In this document: positions 1 through 11,300 of the stretch, in pieces
Layout: the number at the start of each line of letters is the position of its first letter
Position numbering within the stretch: position 1 is the stretch's first letter
Source: Monocercomonoides exilis PA203
Lineage: Eukaryota > Protista > Preaxostyla
Direction of reading: 5' to 3'
NCBI GenBank assembly: GCA_001643675.2
Contig: LSRY02000012.1
Span: forward strand, 496,001-560,000
DNA: 64,000 bases
Made by a program: the position numbers and the translations under genes
The notes under the pieces: model-generated
Database searches by the model: none
Told to the model about the DNA's origin: nothing
The model's input: the letters and a program-made list of their open reading frames with translations, nothing else

Positions 1-2068
1 CGCGAATATGGCGGCTGGCGTGGCGCTGTCCTGCTTCCATAGCTTTGTGCTGTCTTTGTTGTTGGTATCGATGATGAATGGTTTGTTGCTGCAGAAGTGC
101 GAGAAAACGGAGCATTTCTTGTAGGCAATTCAAATAATGGCTTTTTTATAACACTTGTCTGCGATTCAACAGTTGGTACAGATGCAGACGCTGCTGAAGA
201 GCCAGGAAAGCGGGGATTGCGCTGAAAGCCTTCGGCAGCCTTCACTTGTGCAGAGGTCATGAAAAGAGGCACAGTCGAAGAAGATGCCTGGTTTGCTGGG
301 GCAGAGTAAGGCGGATAGTTGTAGCCATTGTGAATAGGAGGAGGGTAATATGACTGGGGTGCCTGTGCAGCGGGGGAATAAGGAGGGTACTGTGGATAAG
401 GTGCGTATGGATACATTGAGTTAGGCGGCTGAACTGCTGGTTGGGCACGAAGAGCCTTTGGTATTGACAACGTAGGAACGCTGTTGGATGTGGCAGGGGG
501 TGGAATTGTAGTGTCGAGTCTGGGGATTGACGAAGCTGTTGATGGGGCATAAGGAAAATAGCTGTCGGAATTCAAATTTGCAGCTGAATTTGACGTGTGT
601 GAAGAATGTTGTGAAGTGGAGGGATCAAAAGACCCAGTCAGCAGAGCAGAGGCACTAAGTTCTGCAATTGGCATAGAATTGACTGGAGCGTGTTTCTTTT
701 TTGGAGGAGAGAAAGGCACAGCCGATATCGCCTGCACATCCAGCTCGACTTCTGCCTTCTCGACATCCGGCGGAGTTGGAGGCAGAGACGGAAGAGTCTC
801 CTCCTCATCAGATTTCTTCTGTTGCATCTTTTTCTTTTTCTTTTTGTGCACCAGCTGCCTGGCGATCCTGTCGAGCGAAGAGTCATCGCACTGTGAGGGC
901 AGCACGACAGACATGTCAGAGATCGACAGATGCGTCAGCACGCTAACTGGCGTCTGAGGCATCGATAGAGAAGAAGGAGGCCCCGTCAATGAGACGCTGG
1001 ATGAATAAGACCGCGATGAGTACACAGACGACGAATCAGAGCTTTCGGTGGTTAGTGCTCCTGCGCCTGTGCTTGCCCCTGCCCCTATTCCTGTTCCTGC
1101 TCCTATAGTTGGTGTGTATTCAGAATCTGTGGATGATAATGAGCTCACAGAGTATGTCTTTCGTAGGTTGTGCCTGCCTTTATCTGGGCGATAATTCTCT
1201 CTTGAGGTGGATGAAAGTCTTTTTGCATAAGCTAGTTTCTTCTTCTTTTTCTTCTTTTTCTTCTTTCCTTTCTTTCCTTTTGATTTTTCTTCTTGATTAT
1301 CTTCATCAAAGCAAACACTTCCAGAATTCTTTTTCTTTTTCTTTTTCTTTCTAACTTTTTCACCATTTTGCAATTCATCTTGTTGCTTACTAACAAATAA
1401 ACCCGTACTGTCAGTTATATCTGTATCAGAGGGCAAAAGAAAAGGAGAAATCGATATAATCTCTGATGATATTGGAGATGACATTGATGGAGAAGGAGTC
1501 TCACGAGTTAGACCTGGAGGTGGGTGTAATGAAGATAAAGATGATGTTTCATCATCGATTAAAGGTTGAACATTATGCAAAGGAATAGGCGGCAAATCAG
1601 GAAAAGTATTCACGCTGTTGGAAGAAGCCTTTTCAGGCAATAAATTTTCCAAAGCTCCTAAAAATTTTGTACCTTCACATAAAATTAGATCTGATGTATG
1701 AAATTGCAAACTTTGATTAGAAATATTGTCGTTGATTAATCCAGTTGAGCTGTTATATGAAGAAGAACGTTTGACTGCTTCAAGCAGTAACGTTTCAATT
1801 GGTTTTTCAACTTCTTAATTTTCATAATATTTGATAACAAAGAAAAAATATGTGTTAAAAATATAGAGCACAAACACGAAACAATAATTAAAAATGCATA
1901 CGAGTAGTTTCCATTTGATGACCTTCTGTGGCAGTTTTCTCCAATGAAATATTATCTGGATTAAAATTCACTATAAAAAATTTTTTCATTGTTCGTTTCA
2001 TTTTCATGATATTCAACATAACATAATAAAAGAATGAAACCCGATGTCTTGACTTTTGATATTGCCAT
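1..2068 (-). CDS. Hypothetical low-complexity Ser/Pro/Lys-rich protein, 3' end runs off the window
   Basis: ATG at 2068 (MAISKVKTS). GT-AG introns at about 2040-1971 and 1901-1814 join in frame to a stop-free reading frame with poly-Lys and Ser/Pro tracts, followed toward the left edge. No recognisable domain. Confidence 0.65.
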
Positions 2069-2255
2069 TTGCTCCTCAAAATACAATTAAAAACAAAAGA
2101 AAATATGCCATAATTATGGGGAAACGAAGATCAAAAAGAAAAGAAGTGAGAATATTGCTTGAAAATTGTATATAAATTTCATAATATTTGTATAGAAACA
2201 GCTGTTAAAAAAATTTTTTTTTTTCTTTCTTTGATTTAATTTATTTTGATTTTAT

Positions 2256-2256
<1 letters not shown>

Positions 2257-2297
<41 letters not shown>
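2257..2297. repeat. Poly(T) homopolymer, 41 nt
   Basis: Uninterrupted T run seen directly, just left of the palindrome array. Confidence 0.95.
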
Positions 2298-2301
<4 letters not shown>

Positions 2302-2304
2302 AAA

Positions 2305-3210
2305 ACATGAATGATTGTTTTTGAAATCATTTCTCTTTTTGGAGTGTTGATTCTGCAAATATTTTATTCATTTGGTAAGGAATTATTCATAAAAAAGTGA
2401 AAAAGAACAATAATTTTATTCAAAATGACATTGTTGAAGATTTTGTTCATGAAAAAATATTTTTGAAACCAGTTTTAAAACTTTTTTGTGTTAATTTTTC
2501 AGCATTTATTGTGGTTTCTTGAACCGATAATTTTGATAGAAAATATATGATTTCAAAAATAATAATCCATATCCATTTAAGTGAAGTTTTTAACGTGGGA
2601 ACATAAATATGATGATAATAAAAATTTTTAATTTTATTTATAAATAAAATAAAAGGAAGTTATCAAAAAAAATCAGCCATATGGGTGATAATTTTTGAAA
2701 ACATAACTTTTTTCGAAGTGGATATCTTTCTAAACTTGTTGATTTTTTGAAAAAATTTTGTTGATAAATGCACAATTCATGACGACTGTGTTAACAATTT
2801 GTGTTTTTTCTCAAATAAAGATGATGATTTCTTTAATAAGTTTTATCCTTTTTCAGTTTTCTTTTGTTAATATTCTAGTGAAATTTTCGAACCGAAATTT
2901 TTGAAAGAAAACATATGATTTCAAAAATAATCACCCATATGGACTTTCAAGCTATTTTCGCACAAAGCATGAAAAAACAATTTCACTTATAACATTATTA
3001 GACTCAACCAGATATCAAAATATCGGTGATTATTTTTGAAATCATAACTTTTTTCGGGGCATTTATTTTACAAAAAAAATTTTTTTGGACGTGAATGTCT
3101 CTGATAAGATTTTTCATTTTTCAGAGTTGATTTTTAAGTATTGGTGACAAATTGTTAATTCGAACATATAGAAATAAAAAATATGAAATCAAAAATTATC
3201 ACTCATATAT
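2305..3210. repeat. Three tandem degenerate units, each bounded by ~29-bp inverted repeats (MITE-like)
   Basis: The motif CCATATGGGTGATWATTTTTGAAAWCATA occurs in alternating orientation at about 2305(+), 2547(-), 2677(+), 2914(-), 3021(+) and 3182(-). The pair 2677-2705 / 2914-2942 matches at 27 of 29 positions. Confidence 0.8.
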
Positions 3211-3214
3211 GAGA

Positions 3215-4123
3215 TTCCATATCATCAAACAAACGTCATTGACATAATAACAACATGTTTTGTGTCCTCGCTCGTTTGCTAGAAAAAATGAACCCATAAT
3301 ATTTATATTTTTTGATCACAAAAAGTTCATCAAAGAGAATTATTTTTCAATGAAAAGACCTGAAATCAAATATTTTGTCCCTAATTGACAATATTCCATG
3401 TTATAATATACGGTTTGAACTGTATTTAATTTGATGATATTGGAAAACTTTCATCAATCTCAATTCTTTTCTTTGTTTCGCTGTAATCATAAAATGAAAT
3501 ATTCGTGCCAAAAAATTTATAATTGTTAGCGAATTAATTTTCCGAATAATGGTTTTTAAAATAACAAACACTTTTTTGAGTTTTAATATCAACTTCATTC
3601 GCCTCAGTGCTCACACAAAATTTCCTTTAGTGAGTCACAAATCTGAGACAGAGGAACTTTCTTTTCCATTTCACCTCTGTCAGAGATTAAGAATAGAAAA
3701 TAAATCACAAATTCTAATTGTTGATATTTCCTCATATTCTTTAAAGTTGTTTAAAATATTCAAAAAGAGTGTGATAATTATTCATAATAAATAAAAAAAT
3801 TTCGGAATGCAAATAATTGTCCGAATTTGAAAACTTCACAATGTTCATTGACACTGTGAATGACAATAAACTTTTCATAATTCAAAGGGCTCAATTTTTT
3901 TTTTTTTGAAAAATTCCTTTCCAAATATAATCTTTATGGTTCGAAATATCATAATTTGATCAAATATCTGCTCCCACATACGAAACATTACCGAAATGGA
4001 AATCATAATTTGATAATGCCTTCATCCATATTCAACAAAAGTTTCTTTTGTGGGAACAGAAATTTGATCAAAATATGGAACTTAAAATAAAAATGAAAAT
4101 TTAACAAAAAGAGATTTTCAAAA
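3215..4123. repeat. Three further imperfect palindromes (about 3215-3445, 3530-3820, 3905-4123)
   Basis: ttccatatcatcaaa (3215) pairs with tttgatgatattggaa (~3430). acacttttttgagttttaatatcaactt (3568) pairs with aagttgtttaaaatattcaaaaagagtgt (~3744), with an inner gacagagg/cctctgtc stem. 3951-3986 pairs with 4041-4076 at 31 of 36 positions. Confidence 0.7.
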
Positions 4124-5357
4124 TGATGATTCAAATGGAGAAATTCTTTTCATTTTTACTTTTCTTTTCTTTTCTTTTTGAAGGAATGCAAAAAATAATT
4201 TATGAAATTAAAGACGAAATATCATAATCAAATTTCAATTTTTTCAAACGAAAGAAAAGAAAAGAAAAGAAAAGATTCATTTAGAACTTCTTCAATTTTA
4301 GGTTATTTACAATGAAAAATTCAAAAATCACGTAAAAAATTGTTTTCGAGTTGATTGATTTCTTTAAAATTGAGTGAATTGAGATGATTCAAAAAAGAAT
4401 TGAAAAAAAAAATTTAAACATTGAGTTACAAGCGAAAAAAATGAATTGAATATATAAATATAGTACTTTTAAAAAAGGATAGTTGCTGATTAAATAAACT
4501 TTTTAAAACAAACAGATTCTTAATCATCACAGAAAATTTCAAAAACTGAGTTGTTATTAAACAAAAAATAATTATCAAACTCTGAAAAAATGAAAATTAA
4601 AATAGATCATCGATGTGATAATTGCCACTGTATATAGCAACGGGATGCTTTAAAACAAAGGTTCTTCTAAAGACACAATATACAGTCAAATGACTGATGC
4701 AACATTATCCACAACATCACAATTATAAAAACAAAGAAATCTTGAAATTTAGAATAAAATTAAGAAAAAATTAGAAATCTGAAAACCGAGTTCAATAAAC
4801 AAACAGAAAGTAAATATATATATAAACGAAAATGTTAAATAGAACTTAAAAAATGTGGCTCATCTGTTTTTTCAACTTTGTCAAAAAATTTGAAAAAATA
4901 ATCCATTAAATGAAATTCAATGATCGCATTCCAGGTTACACTTAGAGGCAACAAATAAAATTAAATACACGATCTTTTGATCTAAAATAAGAAATAAAGA
5001 AAAAACCTCCTATCTCAGGCACAAGCTTCTTTTACCATTATCATATTTTCTTCCGTATTCAATCTTTATAAGGCAAGTGAAAGAAAAACCTCAAACTCTT
5101 CATTGAAAAGTCGTAAACCTCAGAATTCACATGCTCCGTTAGCCCTCGTCTTCAATTCATGCTCTTCTCCTTTTTTAAATCCATTTCAGCCAATATTGAT
5201 TTTCACATTGTGCATTTGTTCACTCACTTTTCTTTCTTTTCAACATATTCTACTTGAATTTCATCAATTTTTTGAGCTTTCGGCTCATTTGTTAAAAAAA
5301 TTTGCTTTTCATAATTTTCATTTTTCATTTTTCTTTGATTTCTCTTTTCCTGCTATT

Positions 5358-8300
5358 TCAGTTTTCTTCGTGTTCTTCACTGCTTTCTTCAAGCACAATT
5401 GCATCTGCCATTGTCATAATAAACGTTCCAGCCGGAAACAATCCAATCAGCTCTTTCTTTAGCTCACCGATTGTCGGTCTTTTCCATGCCTCTGCTGACA
5501 GACACGTATCCATCACATTCTTCATTCTACTCTTTTCAGTTCCCCTCTCATCCGGCCTCTCACCATTAACTATTTTCTGTCCCGCTACCTCTCCTTCATA
5601 TTCTCCAAACGGAATCCGCAACGTCAAGCATTCCCACAACATTATTCCAATCGAAAATACAACAGATTCTTTTGTTGCTGCCATCTTCTTGTTGATCAAT
5701 AATTCTGGAGCTTTCCATCTCATAAACTCCTTCCTTTTGTCTTCCTCGTCTTCAAAGGCAGATGAGGGTAGTGGCGAATCTCTCCCGTTCCTATAGGAAG
5801 ATGAGCAATCAGAGGAGAATGATACTAATGTTGAAGAAGATGAGACGGATGACGTGTCAGTATCTGTTGTGCAGTCTGAGTGGAGTGCAATGCAAATCAC
5901 CATATGCTCCGAAAATAGCACGATGTGTGGACTCAAGTTTGATAAAGAGGAGAGTTCATCTTCCTTATCTTCAAATGAATGTAATGCCCCATCAGCAACC
6001 CAAAACAGAATCTGAGCACCCGTAAGCTCTCTTTCCTGCAAAGTACCAATTGCCATCTCCTTTTTCTCGTTCCGCCCATGCAGAAGCATGAACAGCGAAT
6101 CCCTCAAATCAACAATCAGCTTCTCATGAGGCGACGAACATGCCATTGCATCCACCAAATTCGACATTGACGAGGTTGTTGGGCAAAGATCCTCTCTCCG
6201 AACAAAAGTTGAATCAGAATCAGTTGTTGAAGTGGATGAGATGGATGGAGAAGGAGTTCTCTTCCTTGTTTCCTCTTCTTCTTCATCTTTCTCCAGAGCC
6301 CATTCTGGAATCTTGTCTGAATCTTTCCCCAGAATGTATTCAGTTGATCCACTTTCACTCAACAAATGCTCCGATGATTCCGAGTGTCCCAAACTTTTCT
6401 CATATACCCTCTTCTTTATCCTCTCCTCATTCTTCTTCTCTATGTCTTTCTCAGCTCTCCTCCACTGCTCCTCAGGCGAAGTTTCCATCGTCATCATCTC
6501 TATAAGTTTTGGATCCTTCTTAACTGTGTCTGCAACAATCTCTTTCAGATCTTTATTCTCAATCTTTACCTTCCTCCATCGAACAGCAAGAACGATAGAC
6601 ACAATAAGAACAACCAGCAGCACACTTAAAATAATAGCAATCACTATCCACAATAAGCTTTCGTTGTTATTTCCTTTTGAAATGTTTTCATCTCCATTTG
6701 TTTTGGGTTCACTTCTGTTCTTCAGAATGAATGAATTTGTTGATGAAGGTGATTCTGAATTACCAAACAAAATGCACATGCTCACTTCTATTTCGTCTTT
6801 ACAACTGCTGATGAGATTTTTTGCAACACTTCCTTCTGCTTCTCTTTCTGACATGAATCCATTTGAATCAAAATCATGATTTTCAATTTCTTTCTCTTTT
6901 CCATTTCTCTTCACAACTGAGAATGACAAGTTGCATGGAACAAGAAGCATCCCTTTGAACGTTAGTTTCATTCTATCAGTCTCTTCTTTTGCCTCAACAC
7001 TCTCCAACACAGGAATGAAGAACGACGAATCCCTCTCTGAAACAATACCTTCAAAACTGCACCCATCATTCAACATCCAAAGTGATGAATTATCCTTCCA
7101 GCCATCTCCTCCTTTCAAACTTATCACATTCAATGTTCCAGAATCAGAACAGATGATGTTTCTTCTCAGTGATGGATTTTTTTCAACAGATGGGCTATTG
7201 TTCTCAAATAATCCCATCTCAATTATCAAATTTCCTCCACTCATTGTTATTCCCCCTTCTGGTGAATTCGAGATTGTTGTGTCTTTCATCATCACAGAAC
7301 TTTTCACAACATCTACAAGAGATCCATCCCATTTGCATATCTCAACCTCTTCATTCAAATATTGCTCATTTCTTTCCTTTGAATTCTCATCGAAAATGCA
7401 ACTGTCCATTTTCACATCCAAACAATTCTCCACTTTCATCAATTTCCCTTTTGTGATCTTTGAACTCACTTTTCCCATTGTGCAATTTGCAAATTGCATT
7501 ATCTTTTTCATTGACAAACAAGATATCAAAGATTCTTCATTTCCTTCAACTGTAATATTTTCTATATTTAATCTGTCCATATTTAATTGACCGCATTCAA
7601 TAATTTCAATAAGTGAATGAGAAATCGTTGAATTACAGATCTCAAATAAATAAATAACTGATGGAAGTTGTGATGAAAGGCATAATGCTGATTCATGAAG
7701 AATGAGATTTGATATTGTGCATCCATCAAGTTGTAATTCTCCTTTTTCCATATTTATTAGATGAAATGGAATGTTTGCAAGAATCACATTTCCTTCTTTA
7801 TTAGATTGTTTTGTTGTGAATGAACAATTACCAATTTCAAGAATTCCTCCTTCGGGTGATATCAACGATTCATGTGCAGAAGCGAAATTCGAATCAAACA
7901 CAAAGTTCACTCTCAGCAATGAGACTGTTCCTGTTGTTGTTACCAATGCTTCCCTTGTGCCTTCAATATCTGTTTTCACTTCAACTTTGCACAAGTCTCT
8001 ATTCTTCGAGCTCAAGCTCATTTCCTTTGGATTTATCTCTCCACCAATTTCACTTTCATCAACAATGAACATTTGGCTCAAGAAATCCAAAGTCAGATGG
8101 ATCAGTCCATAATCAATAGAATTACATGGAAATGTATTTATTCCGCATTGTCTCTCATTCGATCCATTCAAGCTACTCACAATGATTGTGTCACTCTGAA
8201 AGACCGTCACAAAATCAATCAGATCTGTATCGATTTGATGATCACACTCATCTCTTCCATATATTGCGTTATCGCGAGTGTAATGACCTTCTCGAAGATC

Positions 8301-11300
8301 AAACTGAAATTGCGTTTCATTGATCTGAGATGTGATGTTGAAACATTCAATGAAAATATCATTCCCCACTCTTGCTGTATTTGCACTGAACTTCATTCCC
8401 AAAAATGCGAAATTCAATTCCCCTCTTTCCTTTGTTGCCAAATACACTCCTCCTCCTTTCCCTAAATTGCAACTACAATGACTGATTGTTGAGTCAATCA
8501 TCTTCATTGATCCAGATGCATCCAATGCGAAGAATATTGCCCCTCCTTTTTCACTCATTTCTGCTTTGTCTTCTGCGATGTTGCTCTCATTCACAACCAA
8601 ACAAATCTTTCTCTCACTTGTTGATTCCCAAATACTTGCTCCATTGTCACTTCTCTTCACTCCTGAAAAAAATGATTTCTCAATTTCAATATTTACACAT
8701 TCTTCATTTACGCCTTCATTTATCTTCAATCCTCGTTCAGATTTCTTGATTGATAAAATGCATCCTCCACTTTCATTCAACGATTCCATTCGAACATTCA
8801 CCAAATGGCAAGTTATTCCAGAATCATGAATGACAAAAATATTGTTTCCAATATTGCATGATTCCATTAACAAATCATTCACTTCCACACTGCCTCCAAT
8901 CACAAACACAAATACGCAATTGAATTCATTATTCACTCCTGCTTCTGAATGGAATGAACATTCGCGAATCATCAAATCTCCATTTTTGTTTGAAATAATC
9001 GATTTGGCTGAGTTGTCAAATCCAAATGCGGGTTGAAGTTGAATATTTATCAATTCAAGATGAATATCATTTCCTATGAAATATTCCAGTTGATTTCCAA
9101 TTGCCTTTTCAAAATTCAATATTGCTTTTGTTTCTTCTTCTCCCATCGATGCATCCTTTTTGATCTGATAATTGGACACGTTGAATGAATCTTGAATTAC
9201 AGTCGATCCTTTTATTTGTATTGTTTTATTTCCTTCCTCCTTTTTCATGTTTTTCATCCCCTTCCACATCGTTTGACATGGCTCTTCTTCACTTCCACAA
9301 CGTGCAACATCAAATCCTTCTGATGAGATAAATATCTCAGATGAGCTGAATGGAATCAAAAACATGAACAAATCTTTGTTTGAATGAAAGTTGTCACTTC
9401 CAACAAACAAATTGCTGTCATTTATCATTGATGAGTAATTGAAGTGGAATGAATCATTTGTCACAGAACTGTTGAAATCCTTTCCCAAAATGAACATATT
9501 CTTTCCAATGGCTGCATTGTTATTCTTAAAAGTTATGTCAGCATCAAAAAGAAATGGCTTCTCATTCAAACAATTTTGGCAATCCAAATACAAAAACCCT
9601 CCTTTTCCATTGCCTGATGAAAGTGAACAAGATGATGCATTTGTTGATTTGATCACCAGTTCTTCATTCCCTTGTAATGTCACTTTTGCAGCACCTCCTT
9701 CTTCACCGCTTCCAGTGTTCTCAATATTTGAAAAGTTGTTGCTTTCAAGCAAAACAGAAGAAGCCATCAAAAATGGAGACTTGGTAAATGAACCCTCAAA
9801 GTTGCAAACTTTAATTGTGCAATTCAACAGTTTTACTCTGTATTCTCCTTCGCTCTCCCCTTCATTCACATTTGATGAGAAAAGAGAAAATGAAAACAAC
9901 GAGTCAGACGATTTCACTTCTGAAATCGTCACAAACTCCAGTTCAACCATCTTCCCTGTCGATTTGATCAAGGAAAATTCAATTGTGTTTTGCTTCCCTC
10001 CAATCACACTCATTGCACAGTTATTCATGTGAAGCTTGCCATTTTGAGTGCTTGATTCAATCACTGATGTGATTGTCCTCTTAAAACTCGATGGAACAAC
10101 AATCCCAATGAACTTCAGTTCAGTAAGTGTTGTTGATTTAATAATACATTCATCAGATCCACTCATAACACTTTGACATTCTATCTCCATAACCTCCTCA
10201 TCTTTCGCCTTCACATTAACCCCACTCATATCTACACACCCAGTTAAAGATGAATTTGCACGCAAAATAATCTCCTGTTTAATATTCAGCGTTCTCTTCA
10301 AACGCTCTATCCCATAATTCACATTCAAACATGGAGCCTTTTCCAACCCACAATACATCTCTTCCACTCCAGATTTCCCATCCACATGTATAGTGTCAGA
10401 AGTATATCCTTCCAAAAATATAAACAAGTCCACATCCCAATCACTAAACATTTGTGTTCTATCATGCCCAACAACTGAGTTATCTTTTTCGGTGATTCCT
10501 CGAATGAAGGCAAAGGAAGATTCGTTCACAGAAGCGACAAGGGATTCACACACAAAATACATATCTCTTCCGACACTGGCCTTGTTGGCTGAAAACACGA
10601 TGTTGGCGATGGAATAGGAGGATTCTGATACTTCTGAATCATCCTTGAACTCGACCATGAGAGCGCCGCCTCTTCCTCCAGAACTTGTATCCTCGCTCAC
10701 AGAGCAGGTGGAGAAGGTGGTGTCACTCACCGAAAATGTGTTGGCAGGAGCAGATGAGGCGAATGAGATACACCCGCCATTGGCGGCAGTCTGTTGGTTT
10801 TGTGGAGCTGAGTCGATGTTTGTGATGGTGCAGTTGGTGAGGGAGAGGGAGAGGGCAGGGGAGGTGGCTGAGGAGAGAACACAGCTGGCGGGGGAGGCCG
10901 TGGAGGTGATGTGGGTGATGTTGGAGGAGTCGAGGGTGAGGGGTGCCGTGAGGGAGGTGAGGTGGAAGATGCTTTGGCTGTTGAGGGCGAGACTGGCGAT
11001 TGCTGTGTGGTTGAGGGCGAGGGAGCCAGCAGTGAGGAAGAAGAGGGGAGTTTTTATTGTTATAAAGGTTGTTCCAGTGATGGTGGTTGTGTTGAGGTTG
11101 AGGGAAGGGGAGTTTTCAGAAAGGTGGAAGAGGATGGGGATGATGGGGTTTGTGGAGTTGTGGGCGATGGCGAGGGCAGAGACTGTGAGGGAGCCCTGGG
11201 TCTGTTGGAAGAGGGCAGACGAGGCAGATGAATCTGGTAAAGACGTTGACGACGATGATGAAAATGATGACGGAGGGTGAGGAATGCCACTGGAGGCAAT

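Noticed and set aside
2305-3210. Possible CRISPR-like repeat-spacer array
   Set aside because: Repeats alternate in orientation, are degenerate and are spaced about 80-210 bp apart. The context is eukaryotic with no cas genes.
4251-4274. (GAAAA)n microsatellite and small hairpins at about 3835-3860 and 4613-4715
   Set aside because: Short, and expected by chance in very AT-rich DNA.
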